Assembly: GCA_041690595.1 (NCBI GenBank)
Contig: JAWLHB010000004.1
Span: 1-64,000 of the forward strand
Reading direction: 5' to 3'
DNA: 64,000 nucleotides
DNA from: Lentisphaeria bacterium
GTDB lineage: Bacteria > Verrucomicrobiota > Lentisphaeria > JABSQK01 > JAWLHB01
Part shown: positions 9,034 to 18,804 of the stretch, piece by piece
Position numbering within the stretch: position 1 is the stretch's first letter
Layout of the letters: every line of letters begins with the position of its first letter
The notes under the pieces: model-generated
Database searches by the model: none
Told to the model about the DNA's origin: nothing
The model's input: only the letters and a program-made list of their open reading frames with translations
Program-made: the position numbers and the translations under genes

Positions 9034-10875
9034 TCACACTCCGCGGGCGGCGGCGAGTCGCAGGGTCAACGTGGCGACGGCGCCGGCCGCGCTGGTGAGG
9101 TGGAGTTCACCGCGAAGTGGGCTGCGGAGGCTTTCCCGAATAAGCTGCAGCCCTACACCGTGCCGCTTGCCTTCCAGGACTTCCGGCGGCCAGCCGTCGC
9201 CGTCGTCGCCGAAAGAGATTTCGAGCATGTCGTGGCGTTGCACTCGCCAAGTGCGGGCAGCGAGCTTCAGTCTGCCGCCCTGTCGATCGCGGAAGGCATA
9301 CTTGATGCTGTTGGTGGTCAGTTCATTCAGGACCATGGCCAGCGCGGTAGCTTGTTTGGGAGGGATCGTCAGAGCCGGCAGGGGCTCCTGGATGTCGACC
9401 TGCACACGCATGGAAGCGGCGTTGAGCGCCCCGTAAACCGTCTGTTCCACGATATCGTGGAGGGAGGGCGCTGCCCACTTCTTCGAGGAGAGCAGACTGT
9501 GCACCCGGGCGAGGCCGCTGACGCGATCGGTGACCTGGCCGATGATGGCGGCCGCCTCGGGCAGGCTGACACGGGCGCGTTCTCGCTCCATGGCCAGGAT
9601 TCCCAGGATGGACGAGAGGTTGTTCGAGACGCGGTGGTTGACCTCGTCGAGCAGCCACGACTTGGCTTCCGCCAGGCTGGCATTCTCGCTGGCAAGTTCG
9701 CGGTGGCGCTGCTCGCTCTCCCGCAATGCAAGCACCCCGCGCTCCTGTTCGGTCACATCCTGAATCAGGCCATCGACATGCAGGAGCCGGCCATCCGCCG
9801 CTCGCGTCGTCCGTGCACTGACCCGCACGAGAATGGACTCGCCATCCATGCGCCGCAGACGCAGCAGGTAGTCCTGAATCTGCCCTGTCCCAAGCAGTTT
9901 CGTCACGAGATCGTTGAAGGCCACCGCCTCTTCGCAGAACTGCTTGAAGTCCAGATGAAGCAGGAGATCCGCCGATGAGCAGCCGAGAATCTGCGCCAAT
10001 GCCGCGTTGGCATGAGCAAGGCGGGGAATCTTCTCCGGCTCAAAGCGAAAGACGCCCACCTCGAGGCTGTCGATGAGGTCACGATAATCCGCGCGCGTGC
10101 GATTCAGCTGCAGCTCCGCCGCGCGTTGCCGGGTCACATCCCGCAGGACGACGATCACCCGCTCGACGCGCCCATCCGGCTCCCTGGCGGCAACCGTCAC
10201 CACGACTTGCAGATGACGCTCTGGCTTATCCCAGGCGCCGGGCAGCGTCACCTCCGTTTCGTGAGGCAGACCATCAGCGAAGGTGGCCTTCACGGGACAA
10301 TCCTTGCAGGCCCCCGCCTGCCGTCGGCAGTTCCGGCAGAGGGCAGCCCCCTCCGCGTAGTCCGGGAGTTGTCGGTAGGCGTCGTTGCACCAGAGGATGG
10401 TCTGATGCTGGTCCAGAGTCGCCACGCAGTCAGTCAGGCTGCTGAGGATCTCGTTGAGCCGCGACTCGCTCTGGCGCAGCTTCTGCTCCAACTGTCGGCG
10501 ATCCAGCGCGGTTTCGACCGCGGCTACCAGCGCCGCTTCATCGACGGGCTTCATGAGGTAACCGTAGACCGGTACCTGAAGCGCCTTGCGAAGATAGGGC
10601 GCCTCGCCATGGGCGGTGGCATAGATGATCGGCACGTTCACCCGCTGGTGAAGCAGGCGCGCCGTCTCGATGCCATCCAGGGAACCCGCCAGATGAATGT
10701 CCATCAGCACCAGATCCACCTCCAGAACGGGTATTCGCTCCAGCGCATCCTCGCCACGCGCGCTCATGCCGCAGACGGTGTAGCCAAGCCGTTCGAGGCG
10801 CCGCTTCAGGTCAGTGGCGATGATCGCTTCATCTTCGCAGATGTAGATCTGACACGGACTGAACGGCACATTCAT
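9034..10875 (-). CDS. Hybrid REC-PAS-PAS histidine kinase (HisKA_2 type)
   Basis: N-terminal receiver (ICEDE, VLMDI, LMKP), PAS domains ending in DVT, H-box EVNHRVSNNL, ELTTNSIKYAF, DDGDG, GVGL. Confidence 0.9.
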   Translation of the reverse strand: MNVPFSPCQIYICEDEAIIATDLKRRLERLGYTVCGMSARGEDALERIPVLEVDLVLMDIHLAGSLDGIETARLLHQRVNVPIIYATAHGEAPYLRKALQVPVYGYLMKPVDEAALVAAVETALDRRQLEQKLRQSESRLNEILSSLTDCVATLDQHQTILWCNDAYRQLPDYAEGAALCRNCRRQAGACKDCPVKATFADGLPHETEVTLPGAWDKPERHLQVVVTVAAREPDGRVERVIVVLRDVTRQRAAELQLNRTRADYRDLIDSLEVGVFRFEPEKIPRLAHANAALAQILGCSSADLLLHLDFKQFCEEAVAFNDLVTKLLGTGQIQDYLLRLRRMDGESILVRVSARTTRAADGRLLHVDGLIQDVTEQERGVLALRESEQRHRELASENASLAEAKSWLLDEVNHRVSNNLSSILGILAMERERARVSLPEAAAIIGQVTDRVSGLARVHSLLSSKKWAAPSLHDIVEQTVYGALNAASMRVQVDIQEPLPALTIPPKQATALAMVLNELTTNSIKYAFRDRQGGRLKLAARTWRVQRHDMLEISFGDDGDGWPPEVLEGKRHGVGLQLIRESLRSPLRGELHLTSAAGAVATLTLRLAAARGV

Positions 10876-13196
10876 TCCGGCTCACCCTGGCTGATATGGT
10901 TGACGATGGGGAAGCGAAGGCGAAAGGCGGTTCCGGGCCCCGGGAGCAACTCCACATCGCCATTGAGTTGGTAGCGGATCAGCATCCCGATCAACCGCAG
11001 GCCGAGAGAATCGCTCGTCTCCCAATCCAGTGAGGGCGGCAGACCGACGCCGTTGTCGGAGACACAGATGCAGCAGTCGTTGGCCTCGCGACGCGCTTCG
11101 ATGCGCAGGGCAGGGGCGACCACGTCGGCATCAAAGGCATACTTGAAGGAATTGGTGATCAGCTCGGTAATGGCGAGAGCGCACGGGGTCGCCTGATCCA
11201 GCGGCAGGCAGACCTGATCCGCCAGAACCTCCACCCGCAGGTCTGCAGGAGTATGGTGGGCGCGCACCAGATGGGTGACAAGCTCCTCGACGTAGCTTCC
11301 AAGTTCGATGCCGGCCAGGTGATCGGAGCGATACAGCTTTTCGTGTACGAGTGCCATCGCCATGGCCCGCTGCTGGATCTCGTGCAGCCCCTGAGCGTGG
11401 TCGCCGCGGTCGGCGTGCTGCATCTGGAGGTTCATCAGCGAGATCAGCACTTGCAGGTTGTTCTTCACCCGGTGGTGGATCTCCCGCAAGAGGACCTCTT
11501 TCTCGTTCAGCGATGCCCGCAGACGAGCTTCCGCCTGACGACGCTCCGTCACATCGTCGATGATGCAGATGGTGCGCCTGGGCTCATGCGGGCTGGCGTC
11601 GAGGATGGAGGTACTGATAACCGCGTGTATCTCCCGTCCGTCCTTTCGCAACATGCGGAACTCCGCGCGGGGCATCCAACCATCGACGAATGCCTGGGCC
11701 AGATGGGCCAGCGTGTGCGCATGCTCATCCGCCGGAAAAAGCATCAGGAAGTGCTTGCCGAGAATCTCGTCGCGGCTATAGCCGAGGACCCGCTCGATGC
11801 GGGTATTGGTGTCGACGAAGATACCATCGTCGCGAACCGAGGTCATGAGGTTGGCGGCGGCCTGGAAGATTCGTCGATAATTGGTCTCCGACTCGCGCAG
11901 GCGGGCCTGTGTCTGGAGGCGCCGTATGAGGCTGCCGCTTTGGGCGGCGATGGCCTCGATGAAGTCGTTGGCGTTGGGTGGCAGTGGCGCCTTGCCGGCG
12001 ACCGTCAGGAGCGCCACCAGTTGTCCTTCGGCCTGAACCGGAACCATGACAATGGGCTGTTCCCTGGGGGACACGTCGAAACCGTTCGGCCGCAGTGGCG
12101 CATCGGTGGCCGACCCATGATAGGGGAGCTTGCGTTCGAAAAGGTCGGGCGCCTTGATGGTGCGTTGGTCGCTTTGCGGCAGCTTGATGCCGCGGGCATC
12201 GACAGCCTGCAGGCGGAAGAGCCCGTCGGCTCCCCGATGTGCCAGATAGATGATGGCCGCGGTCACCCCGGGAAGGGCGATAAGTGCCTCGACAATGTGC
12301 TCGACGCCCTGCTCCACGGTCGCTGCGGCACCCAGGGCCGTCGCCATCTGGTGCAGGAGATGGATCAGGTCGTGCGCATGAACCGCCCGCGTAATGTTGC
12401 GCCCAATGCTGATCACCGACTCGATTCGGCCGTGCACGTCACGAATCGGTGACATCTGCACGGAAATGGCCAACTCCTGCCCATCCGTCAGCCGGCGCGT
12501 CTCGAAGGCGACACTGTGGCCGCCGGCAACGACCTCCTTCAGCCGCAGCATGAAGAGTTCGGCCATCGCCGGCTGAAAGACCTCGGATGGTTCGCGGTCC
12601 AGGACTTGATCACGGCTCAGACCGAACTGAGGCGAACCATTGTAGTAGAGAAATCGCCCGCTGAGCGACTGAATGGCAATCATGTCCTCGGCGTCCTCCA
12701 GCACCTGCCGCAACTGCCATTCGCTTCGTCGCTGGCGCTGGCTTTCGCGCAGCTCCGACACATCCATGGCCATGCAGAGCAGGTGAGCCTCGTCATGCAG
12801 CGTGATCGGCACCAGCGTCGTCACGAGAGGCAACACGCTGCCGTCGCGACGGTTCAGATGGAGTTCCACACGTTGCCGGCCATCACTACGCTGGAGCATG
12901 AGATTCAGACGCAGCCAGGCCTCGAGACTCATGACCGTATCGCTGCTTCGCCGACCGATCAACTCCCCCTGGCCCCATCCCAGCAGCGAGGCGCAACTCG
13001 CGTTCATCTCCACGAAGACCCCGTCGACCAGGCGGACGATGCACATCGGCTGGGGGTTGGCGCTGAAGGCGAGTTCGCGCGGCTGATGCGCGTCACGGAT
13101 CGCCTTGAGCTCCTGCTCCAGACGGCAGCACCGCTGCTCCCATTCGGCGCAACGTTCCTCGAGTGCCGCGACTGGATCCGCCACCTTCATGAGCAA
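10872..13196 (-). CDS. Multi-PAS/GAF sensor histidine kinase (HisKA_2 type)
   Basis: Three PAS domains plus a GAF; EIHHRVKNNLQ, ELITNSFKYAF, SDNGVG, SLGL. 4-bp overlap with the downstream kinase. Confidence 0.9.
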   Translation of the reverse strand: MLMKVADPVAALEERCAEWEQRCCRLEQELKAIRDAHQPRELAFSANPQPMCIVRLVDGVFVEMNASCASLLGWGQGELIGRRSSDTVMSLEAWLRLNLMLQRSDGRQRVELHLNRRDGSVLPLVTTLVPITLHDEAHLLCMAMDVSELRESQRQRRSEWQLRQVLEDAEDMIAIQSLSGRFLYYNGSPQFGLSRDQVLDREPSEVFQPAMAELFMLRLKEVVAGGHSVAFETRRLTDGQELAISVQMSPIRDVHGRIESVISIGRNITRAVHAHDLIHLLHQMATALGAAATVEQGVEHIVEALIALPGVTAAIIYLAHRGADGLFRLQAVDARGIKLPQSDQRTIKAPDLFERKLPYHGSATDAPLRPNGFDVSPREQPIVMVPVQAEGQLVALLTVAGKAPLPPNANDFIEAIAAQSGSLIRRLQTQARLRESETNYRRIFQAAANLMTSVRDDGIFVDTNTRIERVLGYSRDEILGKHFLMLFPADEHAHTLAHLAQAFVDGWMPRAEFRMLRKDGREIHAVISTSILDASPHEPRRTICIIDDVTERRQAEARLRASLNEKEVLLREIHHRVKNNLQVLISLMNLQMQHADRGDHAQGLHEIQQRAMAMALVHEKLYRSDHLAGIELGSYVEELVTHLVRAHHTPADLRVEVLADQVCLPLDQATPCALAITELITNSFKYAFDADVVAPALRIEARREANDCCICVSDNGVGLPPSLDWETSDSLGLRLIGMLIRYQLNGDVELLPGPGTAFRLRFPIVNHISQGEPE

Positions 13197-13224
13197 GTCA
13201 CCGTCGCCGCGAAAAAATCACTGG

Positions 13225-13872
13225 TCAGCGGCTCGCCCACAGCATGCCTCGGCGCTGGATCTCCTTCGCCTCCGCCACATTGAAGTCCTCTGCCACATGG
13301 CCCAGTGACGAATAGAAGACACGTCCCTGCCCATACATCCGATTCCAGACCACGGGCATGACGCAGCCGTTCACCCATGGCGCGCTCTTGATGCCGGTGA
13401 AGGTCGTCGTCGCCAGCACTTCGTTGCCTGGATCCGTATGCATGTAGTACTGCTCGGACTTCATCTGGAAGTCGTTCAAGCCCTTCGTGATCGGATCATC
13501 CGGCGAGGTCAGATTGACGGTGTAGTCGATAATGCCGTCTGGATGCGCGACCCATTGGCCGCCGACCATGAACTGGTAGCCGGTATTATTGCGGAAGGAA
13601 TCGCCCATACCGCCATGGAAGCCGGCAATGCCCACACCGCTGTCGACCGCGGCGAGAAGCCCCTTCTCCTGCTCGCCGCTGATCTGGCCCATGGTCCAGA
13701 TAGGGACGATGAGGCTCAGCTCGCTCATCTTCTGAGCGTCCTCGTAGACCTCGAGACCATCGGCGATCTCCACGTCAAACTCCTCGGCACGGAGAAGACT
13801 GGCCATAATGTGCGAGCATTTCTTGGGTTCGTGGCCGGACCATCCGCCCGCTACAATCAATGCCTTCTTCAT
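13225..13872 (-). CDS. ThuA-like (class I glutamine amidotransferase-like) domain protein
   Basis: [45 protein letters not shown]. Confidence 0.9.
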   Translation of the reverse strand: MKKALIVAGGWSGHEPKKCSHIMASLLRAEEFDVEIADGLEVYEDAQKMSELSLIVPIWTMGQISGEQEKGLLAAVDSGVGIAGFHGGMGDSFRNNTGYQFMVGGQWVAHPDGIIDYTVNLTSPDDPITKGLNDFQMKSEQYYMHTDPGNEVLATTTFTGIKSAPWVNGCVMPVVWNRMYGQGRVFYSSLGHVAEDFNVAEAKEIQRRGMLWASR

Positions 13873-14115
13873 AGACTCAACCCCCTTGTCTGCGTGATTC
13901 ATCGAGCACATGCATGTCGGCAAATGGCCGCCGAAACCATACAGTACGACGCCTGCCCTGCTTCGCAAAGCCTCTCCCCCATTTCCCGAGGAAGATGGTG
14001 ACCTTGCGCAGTAAAATGAGCTTGGCAATGCTTCGGTGGCGGAGATACCCGGTAGCCCTTTGGGGGTGCAACCATGATAGCACGTGCTGGTTGAGGCGCG
14101 CGACAACACTCAGCA

Positions 14116-14199
14116 ACTTGGTCGGTGACTTGTGCGGTGACTTATGCGGTGACTGGTGCCGTGACTGGTGCCGTGACCTCGTCATGGACCTTATGCGGT
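14116..14199. repeat. Degenerate 12-bp tandem repeat (about 7 units), related to the TDQV repeat of the neighbouring gene
   Basis: Units ACTTGGTCGGTG, ACTTGTGCGGTG, ACTTATGCGGTG, ACTGGTGCCGTG x2, ACCTCGTCATGG, ACCTTATGCGGT. Confidence 0.85.
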
Positions 14200-14240
14200 C
14201 GCCGGGCTCGATTAGACTTCGATTTGGGCGGTCTTGATCT

Positions 14241-16041
14241 TCATGGGCGGGCCTCGCGATCCCGCAGGAGTCGTTGGCCCTTCTTCGTGAGGCGATACTT
14301 CTGCCTGCTGCTTCGCGGCTTGTCGGGGATAGTCATTTCGATCAGACCGACTTCAAGTGCAGGGTGCAGGTAGTTCTCCCGGAACGTGGGCCGGTGTGAC
14401 ATATTCAGTTCTGCCATGACTTGCACTGCATTCATTTCACCTTCGACAAGGGAATAGAGAAGTCGCATGNNNNNNNNNNNNNNNNNNNNNNNNNNNNNNN
14501 NNNNNNNNNNNNNNNNNNNNNNNNNNNNNNNNNNNNNNNNNNNNNNNNNNNNNNNNNNNNNNNNNNNNNACTTGGTCGGTGACTTGGTCGGTGACTTGGT
14601 CGGTGACTTGGTCGGTGACTTGGTCGGTGACTTGGTCGGTGACTTGGTCGGTGACTTGGTCGGTGACTTGGTCGGTGACTGGTGCCGTGTCCTCGTCATG
14701 GTTCTTATCGTAGCCCTCGGCTTGATCGTTGACCTCGTCATGGTCGGTGACTTGATCGTTGACCTCGTCATCGTCCTCGACATGGTCGATTTGGAATAGC
14801 GGGTGCAGGGGGAATTCCGCCAGAAAGAAGCTCCGCTCGTCATCGGAGTGGATGATTGGCATCGGGGAGCCATTGGCCTCGATAGCATGCAGAATCTTTG
14901 GCATGCCAGTGCCGCGGCCCTCCGTCATGTCCAGTTCCTTGAGGAACTCGCCGATGCGCCGGTTGCGATAGCGTCGGCTCAGGAAGCGAAACGCCTTCAG
15001 ATCCGCGTCGCTGATCGAACGGTCGGGGCCGGGGAAACTGCCAATGGTCAGGCGGTCGGGAAAAATGCGGACTTCGACTGGCTCGCGGATGTCATAGGCC
15101 CGGTGGTAGATGGCGTTGCACAGGCATTCCTCGACGGCTTCCATCGGGTAGCTGAAGCAGCGGGTGGCTTCGGGCCGATCGGGATGTTTGATGACTTTCT
15201 CCACGATTACCGTGGTTCCGATGTGGCGCAGTGCCTCGCGCAGGATGCGGTCGAGCGGTCCCTTGAAAATGGTTTCGGTAAAGGTATCGGCGCCGGGGCC
15301 GTTGGGGAAGTGCACCACATCGATCTGGGTCTGGGGGAAGAAACTCTCCGGGTGCTCGTTGAAGAACATCAGTCCCACGTTCTTGGGGCGAACAAACTCG
15401 TCCGGGCCATCCACGATGTTCATGCGCCGGCAGAGGTGCAGGAAGTCCATCCGGGCGGCCTCGCCGAAGAGGGAACTGCCGACCCGCTGCAGATAGGCGC
15501 GGATCAGGCCGAGATCCAGATCGTTGAGGGTGGCCTTGTGGTTCATGCGGTCGTCAAAGGGTACCGACGCGGCCAAGCCGATCAGCTCCGCTTCGTCGTT
15601 CGGCCGGGCGCGCACGGTGGCCGAGCCCTTGCGGATGTAGTAAGCATATTCCCGGCACTCCCTGGCCAGATTGACGGGTGCTTTGTAAGGTCGCGTCTGC
15701 CCGCCGCAAGCCCAGAGCACGAGAATCTGCCGACCCTGCACCTCAAACGGCGCCATGATTGGATGGTAGTCTGGTACGAGCCGGTGTCCCAGAGCCAATA
15801 CCTCCTTCTGAATCCTGTCGATCTCCGCTGGATTGATTCCGGCGGGCGGCAGCACCGGGCGTCCATCGTCTTTCTCCACACCGATCAGGATGTAGCCGCC
15901 GCCCCAGTTGTGGAAGTCGTTGGCAAAGGCGCAGAGCGCATGCAGGATGGCCAGGGGGTTCCAGCCCTGCTTGAACTCGAGCCGCTCCGACTCGACCGAA
16001 CGGGCGTGGAGCAGGTCATCGATGTTTATCGGCAGATCCAT
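14241..16041 (-). CDS. Schlafen/AlbA_2 + HATPase_c_4 + winged-helix protein ('RecG C-terminal-like' family); spans the assembly gap
   Basis: ESERLEFK...CAFAND...GGYILIGVEKD (AlbA_2); EAVEECLCNAIYHRAY, RNRRIGEFL...EGRGTG (HATPase_c_4); after the gap FRENYLHPALEVGLIEMTIPDKPRSSRQKYRLT (wHTH). The frame offset is explained by the 100-N gap. Confidence 0.85.
14470..14569. other. Assembly gap (100 N)
   Basis: Run of N. Confidence 1.
14571..14678. repeat. Perfect 12-bp tandem repeat CTTGGTCGGTGA, at least 9 copies, encoding (VTDQ)n on the minus strand
   Basis: Directly visible; it runs into the N gap, so the copy number is a minimum. Confidence 0.97.
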
Positions 16042-16399
16042 GCTCACCGTCAACTCCCCAGTTCGAGTTCTTGACGCGGAAGAAGCGGTGCGCCTGGCTC
16101 TGAGTCTTGGTCATGTGGCACGTCTTCACGTTTCAGATAATTCCATGCTACTTTCGAATCAAGTCGTCGGCCGCTTGTCGTCTCTCGGCGGCAGTACCAG
16201 ATCACGCGCAATCGTTGGTCGACTGATATCAATATCACCACGGAACAGGGATTGCAACCGGCCGCGACCCTATGCCGAACCATCTGGCCGCGTGCCGCGG
16301 ACCTGACTGCGAAAGGTGGCGAAGTTGCGGGGGCTTGACAATGGGTTTGGTTCTGTACACATTCACGTTAAGAGGCAACGCGATCATTCAGGCAAAAGT

Positions 16400-17776
16400 A
16401 TGCAGAATCAGCCAAACCTACTCTTTATCATGACCGACCAGCAGCGCTGGGATGCGATGGGGTGCAGTGGCGGCTGGGTAAGCACCCCGGCGCTGGACCG
16501 GATTGCCGCGGGCGGTGTTCGCTTTGCCAATTGCGTCACGAACAGCCCAGTCTGCATACCGGCACGGGTCAGCCTCGCCACGGGACATTATCCGCACTCG
16601 ACCGGGGTATGGACAAATACCCGCTACACCCTTCCGGCGGATACGTCGACATGGCTGCAGGCCATCCGCCAGGCCGGCTATCGCACGAGTCTCTTCGGCA
16701 AGACGCACCTCCATCCGCATCAGGGCGATCTGCGCGAAGGGGAACCGCTGCTGCACGCCTACGGCCTGGATGATGTCGACGAGATCGGGGGCCCCCGCGC
16801 CAGTGCCAAGCTTCTCAGCCACATGACCGAGGGGTGGCAGCGCAAGGGGCTGTGGCGCAGCTACCAGGAAGATTATGCCGAGCGCTTTGGCAACAAGCCC
16901 CACGTCGTGCGTCCTTCGGTGCTGCCATTCGACGAATACGCCGATGTCTATGTCGGGCGGAGGGCGGCGGCCTACCTTGCCGCGTACGATCGCCCTGAAC
17001 CATGGTTCTGCTGGGTCAGTTTCGGCGGGCCGCACGAGCCATGGGATACTCCCGAACCCTATGCCTCGCTGCACGACCCCGAGGCGATGCCACCGCCGGC
17101 ACACCTCCTCGACGACTACGCGGATCGACCGCAGGGGGGCTTCGATCGGCGGAAACGGCTGCCGCTTTCCACCGAGGAAGTTCGCGCCATGCGGACCAAC
17201 TATGCCGGGAATATCTCCCTAATCGACGACCAGATCGGCAACCTGCTGAAGGTCGTGGAGGCGCGGGGGGAGTTGGACAACACCGTCATCGCCTTTACCT
17301 CCGACCATGGCGAGCTGAATGGTGACTACGATCTCGTCTACAAAGAGACCTTCTTCGATGGGGCGGTGCGGGTGCCGATGCTCCTGAACACCCCGGCCAG
17401 CCGCGGTGGAGAGCTGGCCGGCAGCGTCAGCGATGCCTTTGTCGAATGGTTCGACATTGGGCCTACTCTTGTCGAACTGGCGGGGGGGAGGCTCGACCAC
17501 CGGCAGTTTGCCCGCTCGCTGGCACCTCTTCTATCCGATCCCGGCGCGGCCCATCGGCCCTACGCCGTCAGCGAGTACGACAACGAGATCATGATCCTTG
17601 GGGAGCGCTGGAAGATGGCGCTCAATGCGGCCGGCGAGTGCTATTTGCTCTTCGACCGGTTGCAGGATCCCGCCGAAAGCCGTAATCTTGCCGGCAGGCC
17701 AGAGATGAAGGAGACGGAAAGCCGCCTGCGCCTCCAACTCCTCGAACACCTTCTACAGCATCAACGGCGTCTCTGA
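16400..17776 (+). CDS. Cys-type sulfatase (choline-sulfatase-like)
   Basis: PNLLFIMTDQQR, CIPARVSLATG (CxPxR), GKTH, PHEP, FTSDHGE. Confidence 0.93.
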   Translation: MQNQPNLLFIMTDQQRWDAMGCSGGWVSTPALDRIAAGGVRFANCVTNSPVCIPARVSLATGHYPHSTGVWTNTRYTLPADTSTWLQAIRQAGYRTSLFGKTHLHPHQGDLREGEPLLHAYGLDDVDEIGGPRASAKLLSHMTEGWQRKGLWRSYQEDYAERFGNKPHVVRPSVLPFDEYADVYVGRRAAAYLAAYDRPEPWFCWVSFGGPHEPWDTPEPYASLHDPEAMPPPAHLLDDYADRPQGGFDRRKRLPLSTEEVRAMRTNYAGNISLIDDQIGNLLKVVEARGELDNTVIAFTSDHGELNGDYDLVYKETFFDGAVRVPMLLNTPASRGGELAGSVSDAFVEWFDIGPTLVELAGGRLDHRQFARSLAPLLSDPGAAHRPYAVSEYDNEIMILGERWKMALNAAGECYLLFDRLQDPAESRNLAGRPEMKETESRLRLQLLEHLLQHQRRL

Positions 17777-17818
17777 CCAGAGCGCCTTGTCCCTCACCAT
17801 ATCAGGAGAAGCATCAGC

Positions 17819-18205
17819 ATGCAAAAGCGTATCATCTACACCGCCACCGCTCCCAATCCCGTCGGCCCCTACAGTCAGGCTGTCGCCGCCAACGGCTTTG
17901 TCTTCTGCTCCGGGCAGATTCCCATCGACCCGGTCACCAATGCGGTGCTCGATGCCGACGTCGCCGGGCAGACAGAGCTGGTCATGAACAACCTTCAGGC
18001 CGTCCTCGCCGCCGCTGGAAGCTCCCTCGACGAAGTCGTGAAGACGACGATATTTCTGGCCGACATGAACGACTTTCCCGTCGTCAACAAGGTCTACGGC
18101 TCCTTTTTCGATGCGGAGAGCGCGCCCGCGCGGGCCACGATTCAGGTGGGCCGTCTTCCCAAGGATGTCAGGGTCGAGATCGATGCGATAGCCATAGCCC
18201 GCTGA
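17819..18205 (+). CDS. ridA: RidA/YjgF family enamine/imine deaminase
   Basis: GPYSQA, SGQIP, VVKTTIFL, PARATIQV..LPKDVRVEIDAIA. Confidence 0.92.
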   Translation: MQKRIIYTATAPNPVGPYSQAVAANGFVFCSGQIPIDPVTNAVLDADVAGQTELVMNNLQAVLAAAGSSLDEVVKTTIFLADMNDFPVVNKVYGSFFDAESAPARATIQVGRLPKDVRVEIDAIAIAR

Positions 18206-18212
18206 TCGTTTT

Positions 18213-18794
18213 TCAGGGCGCCAGGTTGCGCATATCTTCGAGCGCCTGCCGGGCAATCGTGGCAGCGGCGCGGGACATGGCGTCGGCATAGGCAGCGCCG
18301 TCGATCTTGGTCAGCTCTTCAGTCGCGGTATAGCTCTTCTCCAAGAGGATGTTGCCGTCGCGACGATCTTCGAGAACGAGTTCCAGACGGCACGTTGCCT
18401 GGCGTCCGCTGCGTTCGAAGGTCATCAGCCTGCCGGAGAGAAGGTAGGGGGCCGCATCGTCGTAAGGGCCAAAGACGCGTGGCCAGAGCGCTGAACTCTT
18501 GAGTGCTTCGTACCAGTAGCCGGTGAGCATCTTCTCGGGGGCGGCGCTCCACCGGTTGTACTCGTCGTTGCGTACCTGAAACTGGCCATCGCGGCTGGCC
18601 ATTTTGAGTCCGGTCGAGGCAAAGGAGGAGAAGGGCTCGACGCGGATCGGCGCATCGAAGCGGGGTTGATCCGCCATGCGTTCGGGCATGGCCGGCACAA
18701 GTTCGAAGTAGGAGGTTTCGTAGTAATCCGCCTTTGGCGCATTGACGCAGCCGCCGATAAGCAGCAGGGTGAGCGTAGCGAGCAGAACTTTCAT
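18213..18794 (-). CDS. PqiC-like ABC transport auxiliary lipoprotein
   Basis: Signal peptide with lipobox LIGGC; YNRWSAAPEKML; last gene of the MCE operon. Confidence 0.8.
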   Translation of the reverse strand: MKVLLATLTLLLIGGCVNAPKADYYETSYFELVPAMPERMADQPRFDAPIRVEPFSSFASTGLKMASRDGQFQVRNDEYNRWSAAPEKMLTGYWYEALKSSALWPRVFGPYDDAAPYLLSGRLMTFERSGRQATCRLELVLEDRRDGNILLEKSYTATEELTKIDGAAYADAMSRAAATIARQALEDMRNLAP

Positions 18795-18804
18795 CGGCAC
18801 TTCC

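Noticed and set aside
14437..14570. Apparent frameshift or split of the AlbA_2 gene
   Set aside because: The frame change coincides with an arbitrary 100-N gap, so it is most likely one gene.
14571..14678. Tandem array as a CRISPR
   Set aside because: The 12-bp units are contiguous with no spacers, lie in frame inside a CDS, and have no cas genes nearby.
16050..16283. 77-aa ORF upstream of the AlbA_2 gene
   Set aside because: No recognisable motif or RBS; possibly a remnant but unsupported.
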